The translations under genes and the position numbers were made by a program. This document shows, piece by piece, positions 19,729-28,166 of a stretch of DNA of 50,116 nucleotides. A model generated the notes under the pieces. The model made no database searches. It saw nothing but the letters and a program-made list of their open reading frames with translations, and was not told the DNA's origin. Where the stretch lies: contig CAJUPK010000002.1 of the NCBI GenBank assembly GCA_910588415.1, positions 1 to 50,116 on the forward strand, in the 5' to 3' direction. Within the stretch, counting starts at the first letter, position 1, and every line of letters begins with the position of its first letter. The DNA is from an uncultured Oscillospiraceae bacterium (GTDB taxonomy: Bacteria > Bacillota > Clostridia > Oscillospirales > Acutalibacteraceae).

Positions 19729-19929
19729 TATCTCTTTTCCGTATTGCCCGTTCTCAGGCCCCCTGCTCCATATAGTCCCGGCTGCCGTTTAAGGGGATTA
19801 GCTTCTACGTCCTTCCTTTTATCATAAAGTGAGCCGCTCTGTCTTGAGCGGCTTTCACAATACCTGCAAGTTAAAAAGTTCGCGCAGCCACAAACGTGAG
19901 TGCGCGAACTGCCTGCGGGAGTTGCCCGC

Positions 19930-20006
19930 TGGCGCGCCAAAAGGGACTCGAACCCCTGGCCTACTGCTTAGAAGGCAGTTGCTCTATCCAGCTGAGCTAT
20001 TGGCGC
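19930..20006 (-). tRNA. tRNA-Arg(TCT)
   Basis: 77-nt cloverleaf GCGCCAATAGCTCAG...ACTGC-CTTCTAA-GCAGT...GGTTCGAGTCC...GCCA. Confidence 0.97.
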
Positions 20007-20118
20007 ATAGGGGCGAAGCTTTAAGCCCGCAAAACAAATGGCTGTCAGGGAGAAGGCAAGACGAATAAGGGGGGATGAAAACGTCCTGTCGATTCTCCCT
20101 AAAGCCACAACTTGAAAT

Positions 20119-20192
20119 TGGAGCGGGTGATGGGAATCGAACCCACACGACCAGCTTGGAAGGCTGGAGTTCTACCACTGAACTACACCCGC
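20119..20192 (-). tRNA. tRNA-Gly(TCC)
   Basis: 74-nt cloverleaf GCGGGTGTAGTTCAG...CCAGC-CTTCCAA-GCTGG...GGTTCGATTCC...TCCA. Confidence 0.97.
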
Positions 20193-20198
20193 ACACAC

Positions 20199-20329
20199 CT
20201 TGCGGTGGGCAAACGCGCCTCTTGACTTTGCTGAAATCGTTAGCCATGCCGCCCGCGTTAGAGGCTTTCTGCCATCAGCCAGCTTCTGCTCTCTTGCGGT
20301 GGGCAAACGCACCTTTTTGCTTTGCTGAA
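20199..20329. repeat. Two copies of a 37-nt direct repeat in the tRNA leader
   Basis: 20199-20235 and 20293-20329, 33/37 identical, 57-nt spacer. Confidence 0.9.
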
Positions 20330-20414
20330 GCTGGAGCTGCCCCAACCAGGACTTGTCCTTCCACAGTCAGAGAAAAACAGCACTGCCTGCAAAGCTCTTA
20401 CCACTTACTTAGTA

Positions 20415-20443
20415 AGTATAGCACAGACAGCGCTGTTCGTCAA
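20415..20443 (-). promoter_or_regulatory. sigma-A promoter of the tRNA-Gly/Arg transcript
   Basis: TTGACG-N17-TATACT with extended TG. Confidence 0.8.
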
Positions 20444-20499
20444 GCGTCTCCTGGATATTTTTTCTGGGAAGCCCTTTTCCTGTGCCCCCAGACCCCGTT

Positions 20500-21198
20500 T
20501 TACGCCACCACTTGGTAAATGCACAGGGTATGCAGCACGCTGCCGCCCAGCACAAACAGGTGGAACACCGAGTGCATATAGGGCCGCTTTTTGCCCAGGC
20601 CATACAGCACCGCGCCCACAGTATACAGCACCCCGCCTGTCAGCAGGCACCAAAAGCCCAGGGGGTTCAGGTTCTGCCGCAGAGGGCCCATGGCCAGCAC
20701 CACCACCCAACCCATTGCCAGATAGCAGACCATGGAGAACACCTTAAAGCGCTCCACGCTCACCGCGTTCAGGATAACCCCCACCAGGGCTGCGGCCCAC
20801 ACACCGCCAAACATGGTCCAGCCCTGCCACCCGCCCAGACACACCAGCGTGATGGGCGTATAGGTCCCGGCAATCAGCAGAAAGATGGTGCAGTGGTCCA
20901 GAGACCGGAAGACTTTTTTCGCCCGATTCAGGCCCAGGCCATGGTAAATGGCGGATATGCTGTACAGGGCAATCATCGAACCACCGTAGATGGACACAGC
21001 GCTGACCTTCAGAGGGGTCTTCTCGCAGAAGACCAGCAGCAGCACCAGCGCGGCGGCAGCCAGCACTGCGGAGGCCCCGTGGGACGTGGAAGAGAATATC
21101 TCCTCTCCCAGGGAATACCGGGGCAGGCCCAGGGCCTGGCACTTTGCCCGGCGCAGGGAGGCCCTGCGGTGGTTTCTCAGCTTCATCGTATTTTCCAT
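20500..21198 (-). CDS. Hemolysin III / PAQR family membrane protein
   Basis: EEIFSSTSHG, SAIYH, LDHCTIFLLIAGTYTP, HSVFHLFV; promoter TTGCAT-N17-TATAAT at 21259-21287. Confidence 0.92.
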   Translation of the reverse strand: MENTMKLRNHRRASLRRAKCQALGLPRYSLGEEIFSSTSHGASAVLAAAALVLLLVFCEKTPLKVSAVSIYGGSMIALYSISAIYHGLGLNRAKKVFRSLDHCTIFLLIAGTYTPITLVCLGGWQGWTMFGGVWAAALVGVILNAVSVERFKVFSMVCYLAMGWVVVLAMGPLRQNLNPLGFWCLLTGGVLYTVGAVLYGLGKKRPYMHSVFHLFVLGGSVLHTLCIYQVVA

Positions 21199-21347
21199 TA
21201 CGCCGCACCTCGCTTTTTAAAATTGCAACAAATAGTTTTGAAAACCATCTTTAGCTTTATTATATACTTTCTTTTTGAAAAATGCAAGGGGAAACATCTC
21301 CTTTTTTCGGAAAAACCCCCAAAGTCATAAAAATTTAACATCTTCTC

Positions 21348-21507
21348 TTGACTTTGCCCACCAAAGGTGCTACCATAAGCCTACCTCTCATTTTCACTCA
21401 ATCAAATAGTGAAAGCGCAGATCCGTGTACGTTGCGCGGAAGCAGGCGCAGCACAAACTGAAAGAGCGGCCCAACGGGCCTGCCCTGCAGTGTGCTGTGC
21501 CTTTTTT
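21348..21507 (+). promoter_or_regulatory. sigma-A promoter plus attenuator-like 5' leader of ABC exporter operon
   Basis: TTGACT-N17-TACCAT (21348-21376); 12-bp stem 21444-21455/21491-21502 followed by T-run, upstream of the ATG at 21544. Confidence 0.65.
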
Positions 21508-21543
21508 AGGAAGTTCACACGATACAGACAGTCGAGGTAAACC

Positions 21544-23355
21544 ATGAAAAAGGAAGTACAAAAGAAAAACTCCACAAAAAAGTCCAGCATTCTCCGCTTT
21601 TTCCCCTTTACCAAGGGCCTGCGGAAAAACTTTTTGCTGGCCATGCTCACGGTGGTCATCTCCGCTGCGGCAAACTACATGACGCCCCAGGTCATCCGGG
21701 TCACGGTGGACTCGGTGATCAACAATGAGCCCTTCAGCCTGCCGGACTTTGTGCTGGGCTGGCTGAACAGCCTGGGCGGCCGGGAATTTCTGCGGCAGCA
21801 CATCCTGGTCTGCGCGGCGGCGGCTCTGCTGTTCGCGGTGATTGCCGGGCTCTCGGACTTTGCCTCCCGCACAAACCTGGCCGCTGGCTGCGAGGGCACG
21901 GTAGAGCGCATCCGCAGCAGGCTCTTCGGCCACATCCAGCGGCTGCCCTATGCCTGGCACAACTCCCACCAGACAGGCGACATCATCCAGCGCTGCACCC
22001 AGGACGTGGAGCTTATCCGCCGCTTTGTCAACGAGCAGCTGATGACCGTGATACGCACGGTGCTGGCCATTGCCATCTCCCTCACCCTGATGTTCCTGAT
22101 GAACGTGCAGCTCTCCCTGCTAGTGCTGGCCTTCATCCCCGTGGTGCTGGGCTACTCCTTGATATTCTTTGTCATTGTGGGCAAAAAATTCGACCAGGCC
22201 GACCAGACCGAGGGCCAGCTCACCGCTTTGGTCCAGGAGAACCTTACCGGCGTGCGGGTGGTGCGGGCCTTTGGCCGCGAGCGCTTTGAGATCGACCGTT
22301 TTAATAAGAAAAACCAGGAGTTCGCGGACCTGTGGTCCCATCTGGGCAAAATCCTGGGCGTGGACTGGGGCCTGGGCGAGCTGTTCGCTGGCCTGCAGGC
22401 CCTGGTGGTCATGGTGGTGGGGGTGTTCTTTGTGGAGAACGGCTCTATTACCGAGGGGGAGTTTCTGGCCTTCACCGCCTACAACTCCATGCTGGCCTGG
22501 CCTGTGGCCCAGCTGGGCCGTGTGCTCAGCGAGCTGAGCAAGACCTCCATCAGCGCCACCCGCCTCTTTGACATTCTGGACGCCCAGGAGGAGCAGGACT
22601 GCCCTGCCCCCCAGACCCCTCCCCTGGACGGGGACCTGGTGTTCGACCACGTAAGCTTTTCCTATGGAGAGGGCAGCGGCGTGCTGGAGGACGTGAGCTT
22701 CACCATAAAGGCAGGCAGCACCTTCGGCATTTTGGGGTCCACAGGCAGCGGCAAGTCCACCTTGATGGTCCTGCTGGACCGGCTCTATGAGCTGCCAGAG
22801 GGCCAGGGTACCATCTCTATTGGCGGGGTGGACATCCGCAAAATCAAGCTGGAACACCTGCGCCGGGGCATCGGCATGGTGCTGCAAGAGCCCTTCCTGT
22901 TCTCCAAGACCTTCCGGGAGAGCATTGCGGACGGCTCCAGCCGCCAGGACCTGGAGACCGTGCGCCGTTATGCCCGCATGGCTGTTATTGACGACGCCAT
23001 CGAGGGCTTTGCCCAGGGGTACGACACCCCTATCGGCGAGCGGGGCGTCACCATCTCCGGCGGCCAGAAGCAGCGGGTGGCCATTGCCCGTATGCTTATG
23101 CAGGACACGCCTATTAAAATTTTTGACGACTCCCTCTCCGCTGTGGACATGGAGACTGACCAGAAGATCCGCCAGTCCATCAAAGAGAATGTCCACGGCA
23201 CCACCATTTTGATCGCCCACCGGATCACCACCTTGATGAACGCGGACCAGATCCTGGTGCTGGACCGGGGCCGGGTAGCCCAACTGGGCACCCACCAGGA
23301 GCTTGTTGCCCAGGATGGAATCTACAAGCGGATTTATGAGATGCAGAAGTCGTAA
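21544..23355 (+). CDS. ABC exporter half-transporter (TMD+NBD)
   Basis: TM helices, GSTGSGKST, ISGGQKQR, degenerate Walker B IFDDSLSAVD, IAHR. Confidence 0.93.
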   Translation: MKKEVQKKNSTKKSSILRFFPFTKGLRKNFLLAMLTVVISAAANYMTPQVIRVTVDSVINNEPFSLPDFVLGWLNSLGGREFLRQHILVCAAAALLFAVIAGLSDFASRTNLAAGCEGTVERIRSRLFGHIQRLPYAWHNSHQTGDIIQRCTQDVELIRRFVNEQLMTVIRTVLAIAISLTLMFLMNVQLSLLVLAFIPVVLGYSLIFFVIVGKKFDQADQTEGQLTALVQENLTGVRVVRAFGRERFEIDRFNKKNQEFADLWSHLGKILGVDWGLGELFAGLQALVVMVVGVFFVENGSITEGEFLAFTAYNSMLAWPVAQLGRVLSELSKTSISATRLFDILDAQEEQDCPAPQTPPLDGDLVFDHVSFSYGEGSGVLEDVSFTIKAGSTFGILGSTGSGKSTLMVLLDRLYELPEGQGTISIGGVDIRKIKLEHLRRGIGMVLQEPFLFSKTFRESIADGSSRQDLETVRRYARMAVIDDAIEGFAQGYDTPIGERGVTISGGQKQRVAIARMLMQDTPIKIFDDSLSAVDMETDQKIRQSIKENVHGTTILIAHRITTLMNADQILVLDRGRVAQLGTHQELVAQDGIYKRIYEMQKS

Positions 23356-23367
23356 GGAGGAGCTGGT

Positions 23368-23799
23368 ATGTTCCGTGAAATGACGGTGACGGATACGGAT
23401 AAAGTCCTTCCCCTGTATATAGACTACTATAACATCTGCGAAGGAGGCTGTTGGACGGCTGAAACCGCAGGAAAGCGTATCCGCCAGGTGTTAAGCATGA
23501 ACGGTGGTTGGGGACTGCTGCTTGAAGAGGACGTCCCGGTTGGATTTGCCATGGGTTATTTCAAACAGTATGATGACCTGTGTGCCTTCACTCTGGAGGA
23601 GATCGTGATTGAGCGGGGCCGCCAGGGAAAAGGGTTCGGTTCCGCCCTGCTGTCAGAGGTAGAGAACCGGGTAAGCTCCCTGGGAGCGGCAGGAGTAGAA
23701 CTGAGCGCCGTGAATGACGAGGCCCACCATAGGTTTTATGACCGGGCCGGCTATGGCAATGCGAAAAATTTCGTGCTGAAGGTAAAGTGGTTCCGTTAA
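23368..23799 (+). CDS. GNAT family N-acetyltransferase
   Basis: RQGKGFGSALL acetyl-CoA motif, FYDRAGY; AAGGAGG RBS. Confidence 0.88.
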   Translation: MFREMTVTDTDKVLPLYIDYYNICEGGCWTAETAGKRIRQVLSMNGGWGLLLEEDVPVGFAMGYFKQYDDLCAFTLEEIVIERGRQGKGFGSALLSEVENRVSSLGAAGVELSAVNDEAHHRFYDRAGYGNAKNFVLKVKWFR

Positions 23800-23841
23800 C
23801 CAGGCCACCCCCTCTGTTAAATTGTGTGTAAGGAGACTGAA

Positions 23842-25677
23842 ATGAATATAGAAAAAAATCAGCCAACCCCTGCAGAGCGTTTCCATACCTTTAAAGTATG
23901 GGCCAAAATGCTCCCCTACATCAAGCCCTACCGGGGATGGGTGGCCGCCATTGTGGCAGCCATGCTGCTGGACGCGGCCATTGCCGTGGCCTATACCCTG
24001 ATTGCCGGGTACGTGGTAGACCGCTTTGTCACCCCCCGCAGCCACCAGGGCATCACCACCTTTGCCATCCTCTACTCCGGCCTCGTGCTGGTAAAGACCC
24101 TGTGCCAGATACTTCTCGGCACGATAGCCATCAGGCTGGAAATGTACATTGGCCGTGACCTTAAGCGGGACCTGTTCGCCCATCTCCAGGCTTTAAGCTT
24201 TTCCTACTACAACCAGAACCCCGTTGGCGCCATTGTGGCCCGGGCCCTCCAGGACCCCGGCCGCATTGCGGAGAGTATCCCCTGGATGATGGTGGACGGC
24301 GTCTATTGCAGCGTGTACATACTGGCCTGCCTAGGGGTCATGCTGGTCATCAACTGGAAGCTGGGCCTGCTGGTGCTGGCCGTGGTGCCCTTTATCGCGG
24401 CGTTTACCATCTTTTTTGAGAAGCGGATTTTAAAAGTGAACCGCAAGGTCCGCAAGATCAACGCGGAGATCACCCGCCATTACAACGAGGGCATCTCTGG
24501 CGCCAAGACCTCCAAAACCCTCTGCATTGAGGAGAAGAACCTGGGGGCTTTCCAAGAGGTCAGCGGCAACATGCGCCGCACCAGTATCAAAGCTGTGATG
24601 CTGGACGCCATTTACATCCCGGTCATCAGCTTCCTGACCGCCCTGGCCGTGTCCTTTGTCATCACAGGCGGCGGCAATATGGCCATGGCAGGGGGCATCA
24701 GCATTGGCGAACTCACCATCTTCGTCAACTTCGCCCTGCGCATAGCAGACCCCGTGGGGGCCCTGGCCTACCAGGCCACCCGATTTGTGTCCATGCAGGC
24801 CAATATCGAGCGGGTCACCGAGCTTCTGGAGCTGGAGCCCCAGATCACGGATACGCCCCAGGTGGTGGAAAAGTACGGCACCTCCCTGGATCCCAAGCGG
24901 GAGAACTGGGAGCCTCTCACCGGGGCCATCACCTTTGAGGACGTGACCTTTCAGTACCCAGACGGCCATGAAAACGTGCTGGAGCACTTCAATCTGGAGG
25001 TGCCCGCTGGGTCCACGGTGGCCATTGTGGGCGAGACTGGCGCAGGCAAGTCCACCCTGGTGAACCTGGCCTGCCGGTTCTTCGAGCCCACTGGGGGCCG
25101 TATCCTTATTGACGGCCGGGACTATAAGGAGCGCAGCATGCTGTGGCTCCACAGCAATATTGGCTATGTGCTGCAGACCCCCCACCTGTTCTCCGGCTCT
25201 GTAAAGGAGAACATCCGGTATGGCCGCCTGGACGCCACGGACCAGGAGGTTATGGCGGCAGCCAAGCTGGTAAATGCCCACGACTTCATCACCCGCATGG
25301 AAAAGGGCTATGACAGCGACGTGGGCGAGGGCGGCGGCCAGCTCTCCACAGGAGAGAAGCAGCTGGTCAGCTTTGCCCGGGCCGTGCTGGCAGACCCCCG
25401 CATCTTTGTGCTGGACGAAGCCACGGCCTCCATTGACACCAAGACAGAGGCCCTGATTCAAGAGGCCATCTCCACCCTGCTGGAGGGCCGCACCTCTTTC
25501 CTGATTGCCCACCGGCTGTCCACCATCCGCAAGGCGGACATGATTTTGGTGGTGCGGGACGGCAAGATCATCCAGCGGGGCACCCACCAGGAGCTGATGG
25601 ACCAGGGCGGCTACTATGCGGACCTGTACAATAAACAGTTTGAGGCGGAGACTGCAGAGAGTGTGTTTAACTCATAA
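23842..25677 (+). CDS. ABC exporter half-transporter (TMD+NBD), partner subunit
   Basis: GETGAGKST, LSTGEKQL signature, LDEATASID, IAHRLSTI; start ATG 23842 after AAGGAG. Confidence 0.93.
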   Translation: MNIEKNQPTPAERFHTFKVWAKMLPYIKPYRGWVAAIVAAMLLDAAIAVAYTLIAGYVVDRFVTPRSHQGITTFAILYSGLVLVKTLCQILLGTIAIRLEMYIGRDLKRDLFAHLQALSFSYYNQNPVGAIVARALQDPGRIAESIPWMMVDGVYCSVYILACLGVMLVINWKLGLLVLAVVPFIAAFTIFFEKRILKVNRKVRKINAEITRHYNEGISGAKTSKTLCIEEKNLGAFQEVSGNMRRTSIKAVMLDAIYIPVISFLTALAVSFVITGGGNMAMAGGISIGELTIFVNFALRIADPVGALAYQATRFVSMQANIERVTELLELEPQITDTPQVVEKYGTSLDPKRENWEPLTGAITFEDVTFQYPDGHENVLEHFNLEVPAGSTVAIVGETGAGKSTLVNLACRFFEPTGGRILIDGRDYKERSMLWLHSNIGYVLQTPHLFSGSVKENIRYGRLDATDQEVMAAAKLVNAHDFITRMEKGYDSDVGEGGGQLSTGEKQLVSFARAVLADPRIFVLDEATASIDTKTEALIQEAISTLLEGRTSFLIAHRLSTIRKADMILVVRDGKIIQRGTHQELMDQGGYYADLYNKQFEAETAESVFNS

Positions 25678-25695
25678 ACCAGCCCGGAATATACA

Positions 25696-25731
25696 AATGG
25701 GTACAGCTTAGTAACAGCTGTACCCATTTTC
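25696..25731. terminator. Terminator after ABC operon
   Basis: AAATGGGTACAGCT / AGCTGTACCCATTT inverted repeat. Confidence 0.8.
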
Positions 25732-26017
25732 ATATTTATCCCTCGAACAGATGGATGTATTCGACGCTTTTGTTTTCTTTGTCTGAGAAAGTCATCTTAA
25801 CCACCCACGGCTTTTGCTTTACCACCGCCAGAAAATTCTTATACCCAGTGGCATAGCAAGGGGCTTTCCCCATGGGGAAAGCCCTCCTACATGAGTCCTG
25901 CGATTTCGGCTTACACGGTCCATCGCCGCTTTTCATAATATTGGGAAGGATTGGTAATACATCCGTCCGGCCATCCTGCGCTCTAGAGCGCTTCCATGCG
26001 TCTGAAAGCCGCCATAC

Positions 26018-27295
26018 TTACTTGTTCTCCTCGGCCTCGGCGAGCTCCTTCTTATAGAGGTACTTCTCCACTTCTTCCGCCATATTCTGGGGAATCTCCC
26101 GCTTCACCGGGAAAGCCGTGGCGTTTACCATGTCCTGGGCAAAGGCCAGCACGCTGCGGGCCGTTTTCTCCAGGCCCTCCGGCGAGAGGAAGTCCAGCGT
26201 GTCAAAGCGGTTGTGGATATAGGCCGCCCCCGGAGCCCCAAAACGGGTAAAGTTCACGGCAGGTATGCCGCTGTCCGCAAAGGGGATGGAATCGCTGGAG
26301 TAGATGCCCTGCTTCACCTCGGCGGAGATGCCCCGCACCTGGGTGGCATACTGGATGTAGTGGACCAGGCTCTCCTCTCCGGTCACGGCAATGCCCTCCC
26401 GGCCCAGCACCGGGCCGCCCACGTCCACGTTGATCATCAGCAGATGGTCCCGCAGCTCCTCCTTATGGGCCTTTACATAGGCCCAGCTGCCCTCCAGGCC
26501 GATCTCCTCGCTGCCATACCACATAAACTTCACGGTGCGCTTGGGGGGATTTTCCTTAAAGTACCGCAGCAGCTCCATGTTAATGACAGAGCCTGCACCA
26601 TTGTCGTACACTCCCTTCGAGAAGTCCACCGAATCGTAATGGGCCCCAAAGGAGATGATCTCATCCGGCTTCTCCGTGCCCGTTATGGTGGCCACTACAT
26701 TGCAAGAGGTCCGCTCTACCGTGTCGTTTTTCAGCACCAGCCGGGCCTTGCAGGCCCCCCGCTTCACCATGTCAAAGGCGTCCAGCACCCGTGTGTTCAC
26801 CATGGGCACATTGCCAAAGGCCCGCAGGGTGCGGCGCAGTTTGCGGGTGGAGAGGTCTGTGCCCTCCCGGTCGTCCCGCAGGTCCCCTTCCATGGTGACA
26901 ATGCCCGCCACTTCGGCCTTCATCAGCTTGCGGAACAGGGGCACCCGCATAAAGCCGTTTACCAGCACGATCTTTCCGGCGGCCTGGGCAAGGTCTACCT
27001 CGTTGCCGTTTTCCACATACAGGAACTCCGCCTCCAGGCCCCCCTGGTAGGTGTTTTTGGCGCATTTATAGCCAGTTACCGGGTAGGACTGCTGGAAAGG
27101 CTCTAAAATCTCCAGAGTGGCGGTCTCAATATCCGCGTCCTCAATCTCAAAGCTCTCCAGCTGGGCGGGCACGCCGATAGCCTCGCACTGGGCTTTCAAA
27201 ATCTCCGCCGCCTGCAGCTCTTCCGGGGACCCGGCCACCCGGGTAAAGCCCAGCCGCTCCAGCAGCTCCATGGCTCTCTTGCCTGATACGTTCAT
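26018..27295 (-). CDS. M28 family aminopeptidase with PA-like insert
   Basis: GAHYDSV, GVYDNGAG, GSEEIGLEGS, NVD, SDSIPF, YIHNRFDT. Confidence 0.9.
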   Translation of the reverse strand: MNVSGKRAMELLERLGFTRVAGSPEELQAAEILKAQCEAIGVPAQLESFEIEDADIETATLEILEPFQQSYPVTGYKCAKNTYQGGLEAEFLYVENGNEVDLAQAAGKIVLVNGFMRVPLFRKLMKAEVAGIVTMEGDLRDDREGTDLSTRKLRRTLRAFGNVPMVNTRVLDAFDMVKRGACKARLVLKNDTVERTSCNVVATITGTEKPDEIISFGAHYDSVDFSKGVYDNGAGSVINMELLRYFKENPPKRTVKFMWYGSEEIGLEGSWAYVKAHKEELRDHLLMINVDVGGPVLGREGIAVTGEESLVHYIQYATQVRGISAEVKQGIYSSDSIPFADSGIPAVNFTRFGAPGAAYIHNRFDTLDFLSPEGLEKTARSVLAFAQDMVNATAFPVKREIPQNMAEEVEKYLYKKELAEAEENK

Positions 27296-27426
27296 AATGT
27301 TGACCTTCTTTCATAAAGTATTCTATTGGTTCCATGCACAGTTTGTTTCCAGATTTTCCTCTAAACAGCCGCCGGAACCAGGCTTTTCCAGGGAAAAACC
27401 AGCCCGCGGCCTTTGCCTAGCGCCTG

Positions 27427-27816
27427 TCAGGTGGACAGGTCCTCCTTGATCTGGGTGGTGGAGATCTCCGGCGTGCGGGGCAGGTAGACCACCTGGCAGT
27501 ATTCCTTCAAGAAGTCGAACTTGCCCTGCCAGTCATCGCCCATTACAAAGGTGTCCACCTTGTAGAGCTGCACGTCCTGGGCCTTCTGCTCCCAGCTCTC
27601 CTCGGGAATAACCAGGTCCACATAGCGGATGGCCTCTAAAAGCTGCTGCCGCTTCTGGTAGGGGAAATAGCACTTTTTGTGCTTGGAGTTCCAGTTGAAC
27701 TCATCGGTGGACAGGGCCACAATCAGATAATCGCCCAACTCCTTGGCCCGCTTGAGCAGGTTGATGTGGCCATAGTGGATCAGGTCGAAGGTACCGTAGG
27801 TGATCACACGCTTCAT
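27427..27816 (-). CDS. tagD: Glycerol-3-phosphate cytidylyltransferase
   Basis: TYGTFDLIHYGH, MGDDWQGKFDFL, RTPEISTT. Confidence 0.95.
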   Translation of the reverse strand: MKRVITYGTFDLIHYGHINLLKRAKELGDYLIVALSTDEFNWNSKHKKCYFPYQKRQQLLEAIRYVDLVIPEESWEQKAQDVQLYKVDTFVMGDDWQGKFDFLKEYCQVVYLPRTPEISTTQIKEDLST

Positions 27817-28166
27817 TGCAAAGCCTCCTTATAGATAAAATGTAATTAAGATATGGCATGGACGGAATCGCTGGCAGGGGGATCATCCGCTGGCAGTCCT
27901 GGCCTGCGCAGGGCCGAAGAGGGCTGGAAAAGTGTGCCGGTCCTCCCCCATTCGGCCAGCTATACGCCAGCGGCCCGCTCTGTTTGGAGGATGGAGGAAA
28001 AGTCCCGCGACCCCTTCCTCCCGTTTTATCAAGCTGCCATAGAACCGTCCATTATACCACCCAACCGCCATCAAGCCGCCCGGGTAGGAGTTTTGCCCGT
28101 ATTTCCCAAAGGGAAACAAGCGCTTCGTGCGCAGGGGCAAAACTCCGTGACTTGCCGCAGGCAATG

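Noticed and set aside
19071..19929. tmRNA next to smpB
   Set aside because: No GGGG 5' end with T-arm/CCA 3' end or tag reading frame seen
20199..20329. CRISPR mini-array (37-nt repeats)
   Set aside because: Only two imperfect copies, 57-nt spacer is too long, no cas genes, and it lies in a tRNA leader
20193..20410. Tandem glycine riboswitch ahead of tRNA-Gly
   Set aside because: Lacks the GGAGA, CCGAAG and CUCAGG core motifs
21345..21362. Short matches (CTCTTGACTTTGC, TTTGCCCACC) to the tRNA-leader repeat
   Set aside because: 10-13 nt, in inconsistent orientation, and overlapping a -35 box; probably chance
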